From the NCBI RefSeq assembly GCF_003704095.1, contig NW_020847750.1, positions 248,001 through 312,000 of the forward strand: a stretch of 64,000 nt of DNA. The letters are read 5' to 3'. Source of the stretch: Pocillopora damicornis. Taxonomy: Eukaryota. The notes under the pieces are model-generated. The model made no database searches and had not been told where the DNA came from. It saw only the letters and a list, made by a program, of their open reading frames with translations. The position numbers were made by a program, and so were the translations under genes. Below are positions 22,442 through 35,600 of this stretch, piece after piece. Each line of letters opens with the position of its first letter. Positions within the stretch are counted from its first letter, which is position 1.

Positions 22442-24825
22442 CGGCAGAGAACACCACAAACCACAATGGACAAACAAAGAGTGAATAGGTTCTGTTATTC
22501 TTACGCGTAGAATGTTCATATTTCGAAATGTTTAGCGTTGTAGATCGATCATATTTCTTACTCCGTACTATTCCTTACAGCATGTTTAAATCAACCTAAC
22601 TTAACTCCGCGTCAGATAGCACCTGACGCTTTCACTAATTTTAAAATCGTTTACTTTTCTGGACACGTAAGCTTGGGCCGTGAGCTTAAGACACCTGTGC
22701 ATAGACAGAAAATTCGCTGTTGCTTCCGTAGTTTCCTAAAAATGCATTGTTTACCTGTATTCATCCAAAGCTAAGACAAATAATAACTGGTTAGTCTACA
22801 GCTGCTGGCCTGAATCCATCTCTTATTCAATTTTTCTTTAGGCCCAGGCACCTAATATATTAACCGTGCTACAACTTAGCAAAGTATAGACAGCTGGGTA
22901 ATTTTCGACGACTTACCAAAGCGCGATGTCTTTCGTTTCACTATTTATCTAAGTACCCGAGGTCTTAAAGGTTAAATAAGCACGTATTACGTCCACTCGG
23001 CCGATTTCTGCAACCGACCAGTAAATATATTGTCGCCAAAAGAACTTACAAAGCGTTTCGACTTTACTATTAAACAAAATAGTTTTACAGCAAGCGCACA
23101 CGCCGAGAACTTTGTGGTAAATTGAATCATTTTTCAAACTACGAAATGTCAAAGCCAGATAGGAAGCTAAACCATAAAAAGATCCTCTTAAATTTCATTG
23201 CAACTTAAAAACTTCAAATATTTTCAACTGAAGAGCTGTGTACAGTATTCGCATGGCGAAATTTGGCTCAAAGAAATGAACTCTGACAACAGTCCACGCG
23301 GAGCACAAGTATAGATTAATCAAACGAGGCCGAATGGTAAAAGACTGTAGCTGATTGCGGAATTGAAAGAGGCCTCGTGTAGCTACTTTTGAAATTCACG
23401 GTATCGTGACATCCTTCCACAGTTGAAATAAAGATGCTATGATCATGTTCTCTAGCTAGAAAACAATCGAACCTCGATTATCCAGACTTTTTTTCTCTGG
23501 TCCCAATTTTGTCATGAATATTTATTAGTCATGATCACGATCCGTAGCCATATTCTTTTCAAAACTACGCTTTCAAAAAGCAAAAGCAGCGCTCCCACGC
23601 GTCGTAACTTATTAAAAACATTTTTGTTCCTCATCAATGTTCATATTCTTGATTATCCGGAACCCCAATTCTCAAGACTATTTCGTCTAGTCCCAATGAG
23701 TCCGGATAATCGAGATAATATCACTGCAACACAAAAAGCACAACATTTTCAAAGAGCTGTGTACAGTGTTCGCATGGCGAAATTAGCTCGAAGCAATGAA
23801 ATTTCATGCTACACCCGCAATAATGCTTTGTAAAACTGAACTCTGATGACAGCCCACGCAGAGCACAAGTTTCGATTACTCAAGTGAAGCCGAATGGCTC
23901 GAGACTGTAGCTTATTGCAGAAGTGAAAGAGGTCTAGTGTAGCTCGTTTTGAAATTCACGGTATCGTGACATCCTTCCCCAGTTGAATTAAAGATGCTTT
24001 GGTCGTGTTCTCTAGGTATAATCATGAGTATATACTTAGTTTCATCAAACCATGTATAAAAAGCGGCGTACAAGAACTGAACAACCCTGAGTTTTTCAAA
24101 GTATGATGTGTTTCAATGTTCTATATGTCCTATGTACCTTAAACTACCTAAATACCGCAGTCGAACCTCGAAAATCCGCACCTCAATTATCCGGATTTCT
24201 CTATTATCCAGACTTTTTCTCTGGTCCCAATTTTGTTTTTAATATTTATTAGTCATGATCAAGATCCATAGCCATATGGTGAAACCTCCGAGAACCTCTA
24301 TTAGAATGGCTTGATCTACGAGACACCTCGTAGGGAAAGAAATGAAGATTCATCGTCGGCTCAAAGCAAAATTCTCTCTGAAATTTCCACGGGCCATCGC
24401 CTACAAATAGCATTTATTATCCCTCTGAGCGTGTCAGGCTGCTTATATTAACTGCTAACCAACTTGAAATCATTTCGCTTATATTTTATCTAACACTACT
24501 TACCGTATTAGCTTTTATAATGAATCCAAGGGACGCACGATAACTCTGCCAACGTCGATCGTCTATGGTAAAGTTTGTAGTGGGTATTGACTCTTCTTAC
24601 AATCAATTATTTATAAAAGGTGTGTCTACGTCTGTGGGGGTGGGGGTGGGGACATAGGGGGAAACCTTGAACACAAGCTATCTTTTCTCATTTGTCTCAT
24701 ATAGCGAATTGTTAACAGCTGCAGAGGCATAGTACCTGCAGGAAACAAAATGGATTGTTTCTTTGCGACTGCTTTTGCCTCAGATAGGAATTGAGCAGCT
24801 CATATGCCTTTGAACATCACCCCAC
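22442..24825. repeat. Segmental duplication block X, copy 2
   Basis: Gap-bounded contig, colinear with 13952-16370. Confidence 0.9.
24504..24615 (-). promoter_or_regulatory. Putative TATA box and non-coding first exon of the stanniocalcin-like gene
   Basis: Minus-strand TATAAATA at 24615-24608, then a consensus donor CG|GTAAGT at 24503. This pairs with the acceptor at 22304 just before the ATG. The link crosses a gap. Confidence 0.4.
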
Positions 24826-24925
24826 NNNNNNNNNNNNNNNNNNNNNNNNNNNNNNNNNNNNNNNNNNNNNNNNNNNNNNNNNNNNNNNNNNNNNNNNNNN
24901 NNNNNNNNNNNNNNNNNNNNNNNNN

Positions 24926-25265
24926 AACAGCTCATAGAGCAAGAAAGGAATAAGGTCAGGCAACAGAAGGAGCCAGACGCTGGCGGCAACATGAAGACCG
25001 AAGACGTCAATGACTGAAAATAGAACGTTGCTGATGAGTAGGGAGCTGGACTGTTCCGAGATGTCTGTAGTTTTTCCTTGCAATGGCAAATACTGTATAC
25101 GATAAACAACTCACACATTTTCGTGTCACGGGTATTATTTTTTCCGTTTTTAATTCTCTCGTTCTTTGTTAAGGCATAATTATTCCTTTCACTTGCTGGA
25201 TGCAAAATGGAGTGGCGAATTTTATAGAGAGTCTCTTCTTTGAAGTAAACGTTTTAAATAGTGAC
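24926..25265 (+). other. Second copy of the Not-A 3' coding end and 3' UTR (paralog or divergent haplotype)
   Basis: Encodes [29 protein letters not shown] versus ...[14 protein letters not shown] at 11364-11455. The UTR is alignable with substitutions and indels. The 5' part is hidden by the gap. Confidence 0.85.
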
Positions 25266-27550
25266 ACAAAAGATCAAAGGGCAGACATTTAAGTACTTAA
25301 ATAGAATAAATTAGCAAACTGTGGAAAATTTTTGAGTGAAACTAAAGACTGATTTCTGTTGCAAAGCGTTTTGACTGGATAGACAGATTATGCTAACAAC
25401 AGAAGTCCCTTTAAAGTAGAATCGTTTCTTTTTCAAAGGGAGATCTCTTATACTTGTTTTCTCTGTGTTGTAAGCGCCTTGTTTTCAGCTCCCAATTAAT
25501 AAAATTAAACCACCGGATCGATTTAATCATGCTCGAAAGAAATCAACGTCAAAGGGCTGACATTATCTTAAAATTTGTGGGGTTTATGCATGGTTATATC
25601 GCCGGAAATAAGGACATATCACTCAGATGTTCACGCTTCCCTCAGCGAAACTTTTTTGAAAAAAGAAGACACGACAACTTCGTCTGAGACACGTGGTGTC
25701 CAAAAAAGAAAAAAAAAAGGGATTAAGGCCAAGGCAGGCTTAGAGAGTTAAAAAGGATAGAGTTCATAGAGAAACATTTAACATTGTTTAGGTAAAACTA
25801 TGACGTTTGTTTTAATCACACAGGCCAACCAATACAAGTGGTAATCTCTTTAGCTGCTTCATGTTCATCCATATAGTGGAAGAGGATTTCATTTTATATT
25901 CCTCCTTCTCAAGCCGAGGTCAAATGATGGTTTTGCCAAACCTTTTTTGGTGAACAATGGAAATTGACCTAAGCCAAAAACAGACCATGTTTTTTTGTTT
26001 TAAATTGAATGTTCCTGGTGTACTTGGTTAATTACAGCTATCATTTTCGACTCTATGGTTATAACCTGCGTCACGTCTTTCGAATTTGCTTGATTTCGTC
26101 GTTCCCATAAATCATGGAATTCGTGCAACAAGTTTAAAAACTTTGAATTGTTTCTGTTCCTGCCTAGGCTACAACCACGCACCAATTTTTGTGGTTCACA
26201 TTCAACGCGACGTATTTCTCTTTTATAACCAGTTAGAGTTTTGGTTCCTTTTTTCCAGCTGAGATGATTCACAAAGGTAACACCGAAGATAATTATCAAG
26301 CAACGATTGAATAAGCCACCAGGCAGACTCAAGGAAGCTATTCAGAAAGTGCTTTCCAGTCTTTACCACAGCCTTTTCATTCACACTAAAAAGTGTTCTA
26401 ACACCTTTCTTTCCTGTGGATAAAAAGCTTGTGTTTACTATAATTGTTATATTTGATTCGAATCCGGTCCGGGGAAATAGTGGTACCAAATGTTTTTCAC
26501 AAAGCGACGAAAAGGCGTTTATAACATGTTTGTCAAAATTTAGATAGTTAACATGACTTATTCAAGCTCAAATAAAATAAAAATTGGAAAATGTTATGAC
26601 TAAAATAAGGAAGTTTGTATGCTAATTGAGAGGTTACTTGCATGATAATTTCGGGCATTGCCAAAATTCAAACTTGTGAAAACGTTACTCAATGAATATA
26701 TGTATGACCAATTTCATTTTCATCAATTCCCACTAAATAAATTCAAACTGTACTATTCTAACTCGCTCTATCCTAAAGTTCTGCACTTTTAAGCTGTTTC
26801 TGAACCAACCCATGCATGCAGTTTCTGTTTGCATATGTAAACGTTTCGCTCTGAAAGGGCGTTTTAATCTTATCGCCCGCATGAATCGAACAATGGAGAA
26901 AAGAACATATTGTTTAAGGTAAGGTGCACGTGTGAAATTTGTTATTCAGTTTAAATGCATTTTTCAGTGTTTGGTTGCCTAGGTTGTTAAACAGAGAAGC
27001 CCTGATATTTCACGGAAGGTCATAAAATACGTACACGGAGTGCCCTTTTTTGTTTTAACTAGTTGCTTTCGGTTTATTTATTTATGTTTAAGTAAACAGA
27101 TACTTTTTATGTGATTTGATATATATGAGAATATACTCGTCAACAATGCCAGATTGGGAGAACAATTATCAAATTTGCGGTTGATAATAATTCAATAATT
27201 TACAATGTTTTCGCGCGAGATAGGTGTGATAAGGAAAGTGGTAGACAACTCCAGTATTTGTCCAAAGTTGACAGAGGGTTGAGGTTTCGCTTTTTCTTTT
27301 TGGTCAGTGCAAAATATATGAAAACAAAGGGCGAATTTATATTGATAGGCACAGTTTTTAATTTAAAAGCCGAGGAACAGGTGGAGAAACCTTCCAGTGA
27401 GCGAGAAATAACACAGCAATTTTTTTTCTTCACATAATGCATTCAAGCATGCTTTATTTGTAATCTACTCTTTTTAGCTATCCTCTTTAACGTACTGTAG
27501 ATCAGTAAAGTAATGAGTTCTTGACTTGCTTTAGTTCTGGATGACCATGA

Positions 27551-27637
27551 ATATCAATAAAGACTATCCCTGTATTACATCCCTCAGGGGGGAATATCAA
27601 TAAAGACCATCGGCCTGTATTACATCCCTCTGGGGGG
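27551..27637. repeat. Two-copy ~42-bp tandem duplication upstream of Not-B
   Basis: aatatcaataaagac.atc...ctgtattacatccctc.ggggg occurs twice. Confidence 0.85.
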
Positions 27638-28039
27638 CCACGCCATCAAAAGGCGTATCTTTTGTTGATTAAAGTAAAATAACTATCTAATGCTTTTTTT
27701 TGCATTAAAGAAGTTAAATTTAGCCACGGCAGCCAAGAATTGATTTGTTTGCACACACAGCGAAGTCATATAACTGTAAAGGGATTCCAAAATGTACGTT
27801 CCATTTATCGATTTTCCTTAAGATCTTTGTTCATCTCCATTCTTCTTTGTCTAATGTCGCGGCGACCAACAATTGATTACCGGATGATTTATAGTTATGA
27901 ATTCCATTTAAAAAATAAGCATCTACTTAAAGAGTTACAATTTAGAACTTTCGTGAACCTGTTAACATACACGTTGGACGCAGTTTACAATTGACGATCG
28001 CGAACCAGGACTCAACGAAAGTGCGCTGTAAATTCTGAA

Positions 28040-31000
28040 ATGCAGGCTTACAACAGGGAACACCCATACTATTACAGCTATCTACAATGCTTCTGCCAGC
28101 CTACAGCCCTCAGCTATCCGCCACAAAGCCATCAGTACCAGCCGCACTTTCGACCCCACTTCGAAAGCCAGTTGCAGAAGCCATTTCAGTCATCTTTCTC
28201 TATCGAGTCGCTTCTTGGAGGCGAGAAGACGTCAGAGGTAAGCATGCCTTCCTTAGCCAGCACTGCCTCCTACATCAAAAAAACAGACCCCTCTGTTGAA
28301 GCTAAACTTAAAGGGCTCGTGGAACGGAGGCGAAACAACAGCTCAAAAGTATCGGACAGCTTCGATAATCGAGAAAAATCAACAGCGATGACAGAGGTGC
28401 GGAAAGCAGAACTTTTCGGTAAGTCGTGCACGGCTCTGAATGTTTTTTGAGTTTTCCTACAACATAAATTCGCTTTTTAACAGAAAAGTTTAGTAAACAA
28501 GAGAGATTCTGACACACTTTTATGAATTCCCATCGAGAAACCTTTGTTGGTGAGTCGTGCAGGGTTCTTAATTTTTTGGAGTTTTCCTACAGCATATATG
28601 CGCTTTTTAATAGAAAAATCACGTAAACATAAAAGATTCTGACGCACTTTTATGAATTGACATCGAGAAGCCTATGTTGGTAAGTCGTGCAGGGCTCTTG
28701 ATTTTTTTTAGTTTTCCCACAACGTAAATACACTTTTAATAGAAAAACTACGTTAAAAAGAAAGATTCATACACAATTTCAGTAATTCGAATCGAGAAAC
28801 CTTTGATTGATTTGTGAAAGTAACTCTCAAACCTGTTTTCCACAAACAAAAATTGAAAATTTTTAAAGAGCAAACATTTTTTCGTAATGATCATAACATT
28901 GGCTTCTCATCCGCCGACATGTTCTCGAGGAATCACATCTCTGATACCAATTGGTAGAACTTCAATTCTATCTTGAATGGCACACATGTATACAGGTTTA
29001 AGAAGGTGTGCCGATATACAAAACAAAAGTTGACTCTGTTTTTGTAAAGTTGGTGCGTTCCATTTCATACCATGGGCGTTGGTTAGCTTCTTGAACCAAG
29101 CGTTATGATCTTTCTGGTTAACTCAGTAATCAAGTGTGATGAAAGAATCGGTATGGATGGCCGTAACTTGGCCATAAGATAAGGTAATTTAGTGTTATCA
29201 ACTGAGATGATAACGTAAATTGGCCACCGTAAAGAGTTTAAAGGCTGACGTTTCGAGCGTGATAAGTGATCACCGCAGGCCGTAAGTGCTAAGAGCACAG
29301 CCATCGTTGAATGTATGGCCGGTTTAACAGGTGTTGAAAAACCGTAGGTGACGTTTTCAGCTTTCAAGTATGAATAAAAGCAAGAGGAAGACTTTAAAGC
29401 CTCGAGAAAATTGAGATCAATAGAAAACAATTATTAGAAAAAAGTTCGTGTTTTATTCAATTGTAATTCTCTGAGGAGTGTTAAGCCTGCACTTATACAA
29501 AAATGCATGTGTACAACTCTTTAGCACCATTAAAAAAAAAACTTAACATCACGAGCAACTACGTAAATTAAGAAATAAAATATATCAGGATTCATCGATA
29601 GAAGATACGCTTAAAAACTGAAAGGCTTTCGGAAGAAAAAAGCAAACTCGATGTTGATGAAGCAATAACTCCAAACAGAAAATAAGGTAACAAATAGGAT
29701 TAAAACCTGTTTAGAAAGGAATAAAAATGCAGAGACATCGAGGAACAACTGAACTAGAACGAAAAAAAAAATTTTTTTTATGCTCTTAAAATTGCTGATA
29801 ATTCTCTCGTGGCTAAATTGTTAATAACACTGATTGTATTGTTTTTTTGGGCAGCCATAAATGAGTTTGCTGTTTTTGTGGTTTTTTTTTTCACTTGAAA
29901 AATATTTGCATTTTAATTGGTTTCCCTCGTCTATTGGCGTTTAAAAAGTTCGAGATAATTCTATTCTGCACACTTTAGGAAAGTAGTTGCATCCAAAAAA
30001 GAGAAGTGTATTTAGTTACCGTGTAAGAAAGAAAATGAGAGGGCATACAATGAAAGATACGTTAGAAGTGAAGTAATGTCTGCTTAAAACATTGAAACGT
30101 TCATAAAATGAATCTTTTTGTCATAAATGATACATAGTAAGTTTTTTTAAAAAAATGAAAAACCAGGTAGTGCGTTTTTTCTAGCTTTTATCTATCTTCC
30201 TTTCTCTTTTTCCGTTGATATCGCCTGCATCTTACTTCTAGAGACTTTTTTTCTTTGTTTATTTTAAGTTTTGAAGGGAACGCTTTGGCCTCTGGAAATT
30301 TCGAGGATCTAATTAAAAAAACAGCAAAACATTCCATAAGTTCCGTGTATCTACCATGACGACAACGTTGCTTTGATGAATTACGAATTGTAAACACAGC
30401 GGTCAAAAATGTGGCATGCGCTAGAGGATCAATCTTGGTCAGCAGCGCAACATTTTGCTGCGCAAAATTTTAAAAGAAATCATAAGAAACCAACCGCTGT
30501 CACGAAAAACATGCGAAAGAAAAAAAACACATTCATGTAAATCTCTAAAGGGAATCAAAGTACGAGAAAAGGAAACTTGAGACTTTATGAGCACATAGAT
30601 TATTTGATTACAAGAAACCTGTTGATTTCCCATTCTATTTTGAGGTTTACCAAAAAAGTTGTAAGGTTTTCAAACACTCCGACGTCAGTTCTCGCTCCTA
30701 TAGTTGTTTATGGGACAACTTGGTTTTAACGCCCTAAAATACGTCACTTAGCCTTTACAATATTCGCTCATGTGCACATGCGGGGATATTTGACCTCTAT
30801 GTCGACTAACCGGGTTTATTTTCTCGGCAGCTGACTAGTTTGTTCCTCTACTTAATATAATTCTTCAAAAATTTCAGTTCCATAATGACTGACTGGAGAA
30901 CTTTTGTGTCGAAAGTGTTGAAAGTAACTGAGTTATTGTCCAGAAAACTCGCGCCACTTTCTCATCCAATCAGATGCAAATGAGAAACACGACCTGGAAG

Positions 31001-31569
31001 TTCACGTTTTACCGCTCTTCAAGAGCTCTCCGGGATACTTACAGTGCAAGCCCTGTGTGTCTTCTCATGAGGCAGTTTGGTCGTTGTTATTTTGTGTTCT
31101 CATTGGCTCTTAATCGAATCTTAAAAGTATTTTTCTTTCATCTGGTTAGCCTTCGTGATTGCTTTGGCGAGTTGGCTTTACGACATTCGATCGAAAAGTG
31201 ATTAGGTGTCTTCAGTAAGTGTTAAAGCAAAACCAATACAATTCTAAAATTACTTTTGATATTTGATTATATCGTTTACTTTCTGGACTTGTTTTTATAG
31301 CTGGTGAACCAGCAAGTACCACACAAGAAAAGAAAAAGGGTTTAGTGGGCACTCACTTCAAAAGAAAGCGACCCCGTACGATGTTTACCTTATATCAACT
31401 CGAGAGGATGGAGGGAGAATTCCTGCGCCGTCAGTACATCACGGGTAATCAGCGGTTGCAACTGGCCAGCGAGCTTCAGTTGAGTGAGACGCAGGTCCGA
31501 GTTTGGTTCCAGAACAGACGGATTAAATGGCGCAAAGATGTGATGAAGAGGCAGTTTGATAGCTACTAG
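28040..31569 (+). CDS. Divergent Not-like homeobox transcription factor (Not-B), 2 exons, ~215 aa
   Basis: Exon 1 is 28040-28418 (G|GTAAGT) and exon 2 is 31301-31569 (tttatag|CT); both junctions are phase 1, total 648 nt. eh1 motif SFSIESLL. Homeodomain [60 protein letters not shown]. Confidence 0.87.
28418..28810 (+). repeat. Three tandem ~131-bp units at the start of the Not-B intron
   Basis: Units begin ggtaagtcgtgca (28418), ggtgagtcgtgca (28549) and ggtaagtcgtgca (28679). They share gttttcc.aca...agaaaa...agatt...atcgagaa.cct. Confidence 0.9.
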
Positions 31570-32604
31570 GATCTATGCAGAATAAAATAAATCTAATATA
31601 AAGAGAAATAAAATAAAAAAATAAGAACAGCCCAAAAAAAAAAGAGCAAAAAAATGGTCAGTATGCTTGAAAACTTCACGAAGTAGGTCTTACTAGTGTT
31701 TAAGAACTGCACATGCTTGTTATGTCGGGCTCAAAATCTCACGTGCTTGGTTCAATATAGAACAGTGATAGCCTCACTGGCCTCGCCACAAAATAAAGAT
31801 ATCTAACTTAGCGCGGGGAACCACACTATACTGTAGACTAAAAAGAAATAAACTCTAGCATATAGACTGCATGCGGTGACGATTTGAGTCTACACAGGCA
31901 GACTGCAACAGAGAAAATTTCAAAGAGCATATCCTTGTGAATAGAATTCAAACTGCGATATGGCTTGCAAGACCTTCCGACCGCGTACCTCCGAGACAAT
32001 AGTTGGGCGCTGATAACTGGGAGATATTACTAGAGGCAGTTAGTTGTGGTTCAGAGATGAAGCACAAATACCACTATCCCTCCCGTCAGCTTAGTCAGTA
32101 CTCTCATAAATGGTCTATCGAGCAGAGCCTGTGGAAGAATGGAATGGGAGGGGTGAGAGGGGGAGAAAAGCGTACTAGATGTTTCAACGGGAGGTACACC
32201 CTAATTCGTGCCAGACTGATCTCCCTTTAAGCTCTTGCCTCATGTCGAGCTAGAAAACTGTCGGGTAGCAGTCTGCTATCAAAAATTACTAGTATACATT
32301 AACTCGACTCAATGATCGCGATGTCTCTCAGGTGATCTGGTAACGAAAACAATACTAACTTCCTGCCTAGTCCTTCTCATTCATTGTAAACAAAATGGCG
32401 TCGGAAGAGGAAAATTCTGAAGATTTATGATCAAGGCTTTGGCATTCATGCGAAATTTTCATCCAACAGAATATTTCCCAGTAACAGAGTCATGAAAGAA
32501 AATGTGCCAAAATTCTGAGCGATTTTGTCGTGATTTTGGAGCTAACGTAATTATTTCGAGAAGACGCGATCATCACAAACCCGCCGCTGCGGTCGTCGAT
32601 CTCG

Positions 32605-35600
32605 ATGGAACGTTTGAAAGTGCTTCTGTTTGCGTGGCATTCATTGACTTTCAACGCACAGATTTCCCGAGCAGTTGTAGTTGACACCATATTTGAACCA
32701 GTATTCTGCCTCTTTGATTTTTTTGTTCGGATTTTAGGGCCGGTAAGGAACTAGCTAACTTGTACCTTTGGGACGTGATGGGATGGGGAGAATGCGATGG
32801 GGTTTGGGGGCGGGAGGAACGAGAGATGTGAGACGCATCGTGGGAAACTAGATTGGATGAACTTTGGGCTATTTAATCCTCACACTGTTTAAGATAAGAG
32901 TTGACACGGTAGGTTAATGGTTAATAAAAGTTAGGAGGGTGTTTGGTAAAGTTTCCGCGCAGCCCCATACTATTGTAAAACAAATCTGTTTTCCCAGTGG
33001 AAATGTATTGTTTTTGTCATTGTTTTCTCTGTTCAAGAACTAAATGCATAATGTAGGATGGGGTTGTGCGGAAATTTTACCGGGTGTTTATACAGTGGAA
33101 GTGACACGTAGTTAAGTCCAAAATTGATACGTGACGCGTGTATTTAAAGAAAGGCGAATTGAGACGAGATTTGAAGTTTTTCCTTTTAACGCACCAAATA
33201 CTGTTTAAAATGCATGTGATGCATGAATTTCTCAAAAATTTGTGATTGAAACTTGAACAGAACCTCCCCATTACCACCCTCGGCTCTGCCATGGGTTCCA
33301 AAGGATGTTCAATTTTGAAACCTCCCCACCTCCCCTCCTTCTCGTCCTCCTCTCCCCCCCCCCCCCCCCCCCCCCCCCCCCCACTTCAGTCCTTCATTGT
33401 TGCATCTCACTGAGTATTTTACTTCTACCAAGCATACACAATGAGCATTCATGATCACAATGTTCTTTTGTTTTGTACACTGTTTATTTCAGGCATTCCT
33501 TTTAGTCGTGATTGGTCTTACAACGTCTGTGGTGGTGATCTATTATGCATATTTGTTGCCTGTTATCCAAGAGTACAGCACACCTTGGGTTGTCTTTCAT
33601 TTAATAACAGCTCATTGGCTTTTGATCAACATTGTTTTTCATTATTTTAAAGTTGTCTTCACGTCACCTGGTCTAGCCCCTCAGGTAATTGACATAATTA
33701 TTAATTTTAACTCCCGAGAACAGAATGAGAATTTTCCCTTTGGCTTTTACACATTTCCTTGTAAATAAATTACAATAATTTGAGATAAGATCAAGATAAC
33801 AACCTCCATCTGACAAGTTTGAGTATTCTTGTTACCTGTTTGTTAGATGATGTATAAAAACTATAGGGAGAATTTTTATGTGTATCACTTCTGGGACTGA
33901 AAGAGTCGACACATTGATTTAATTTGTTGATGCATGTCTCTCTCTGTCTCCAGTGATTGGAGTGTTTGTAAGAGTTGTTCACCATTGGGAACTATTGTGC
34001 AATGGGACAATCAATAATAATTCATTATCCAGATGAAGTTTTAACAAATATCCAATGGACTGAAATTGAAGATAAATATTTTATTGCACTTATTTATCTC
34101 TATTTTTTGGCAGGAAACTAATTTAGAAGATCTGAAAAGTGGGAAATACAGCCTTTGTAAAAAATGTAAGTCAGAGACCTTCATTCACTATAAAATAGCC
34201 ATCTCTTAGTACAAAATAATTGACATAGCGGTCATGTTCTCACTGGTTGCTAAGTGTGTTTCAATGAGACTAGCACTGCTAAATGCAGTTTTAACATTTC
34301 AAGTTTGTGTATAACTTTATGAAGTACTTTACTAAAGGAAAAGTCAAAGTCAGATTCATTCATTGCACAGTCATATTGAAACATCACGGGATTGTGAGAA
34401 TTCTTAAAAGTTCTTTAAACTCAATATACAATCTCATGGTTGTATGACTATCTTAAATTCTCCTAACTCCCATTTTGTTTGGATAAGCCTATGTTCCCAC
34501 TGAAAAAGGTTATTTAATGAAAACTTGCTCACAACTCCCAAGATCTGATTGTTAATTCTCCTCTCTAGTTGCTATACATTTCCTTGTAAATGAGTTATGA
34601 GAATTTGGTGTTAGATCAAGATAACAACTTCCACCCTATAAGTTTTATAATTCTCATTACCTGTTTGCTGGATGAGGTATGGATATTATAGGGAGAAGTT
34701 ATATGTCAATCACTTCTGAGAGTTAAAGGGTTAAAGGAGGTATGCTTTTTTCTTAACTTAAAATTGTTAAGAATTAGGAATATTAAATTATGTGGATAGA
34801 GTAGAGTCATTTAGAATAATTACTTCTTTTTTTTTTGGGTAGAGACTAATTGGTTTCAATTAAATTTATCATTATATTGAAGGTGTTCGAATTAAACCAC
34901 CAAGATCACACCACTGCTCAATTTGCAAAAGGTAAGTGAAAATGATTCTACCATGCTCCAGTCAGTTAACTGTCAACTGTTATAATTAACCCTTTACACC
35001 CTAGCATCAGTGTGCATATTCTCGTTTCTGTTTTCCACAATTTTGCTAACTTAAAGGTGCTAACAAGGAGAATTTTGATAACAATCAAGAGCTTAGCATC
35101 AGTATGTATTTTCTCCTTTCTGTTCTCTACACATTTCCTAACCTAAAAGTGCTAACAAGGATAATTTTTGTAACAGTCATTAAGCTGATGATCATTTCTT
35201 TTAATTATTCTTGTGACCTTAGTGAGTGATTCAGGGGTGATTTTGTAAGGAGAAATTAGATGCTGGTCACTCTTAGGGGTTAATGGGTTAGGTGTATTGA
35301 ACGCTTCAAAGTTACCACAACAACCAATCAGAGCTAAGGAAAATACCCTAGAGCCAATAAGAGCTCAAAGCAAAAACAAGCAAACTGTCTAAAGGGTGGA
35401 AAAGGTTGTAGACTGATTAGTTGAAAGGGACTGATACTAGTTTTCTGGACCAATCACAAAGCAAAGTGAAGAAAAACCAATGCAATCTTGAATTGATATT
35501 ATTTTAATAATCATATGATAATATGTTAGGACTCAATTGAAAATTTTACTTTACCAGCAGAGCCACCTTAACTGCCTCTTTTGTTTCTTTTATGTAGGTG

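Noticed and set aside
32395-32430. ATG at 32395 as the ZDHHC16 start
   Set aside because: Closed by TGA after 11 codons with no splice donor before it. ZDHHC16 homology begins from ATG 32605.
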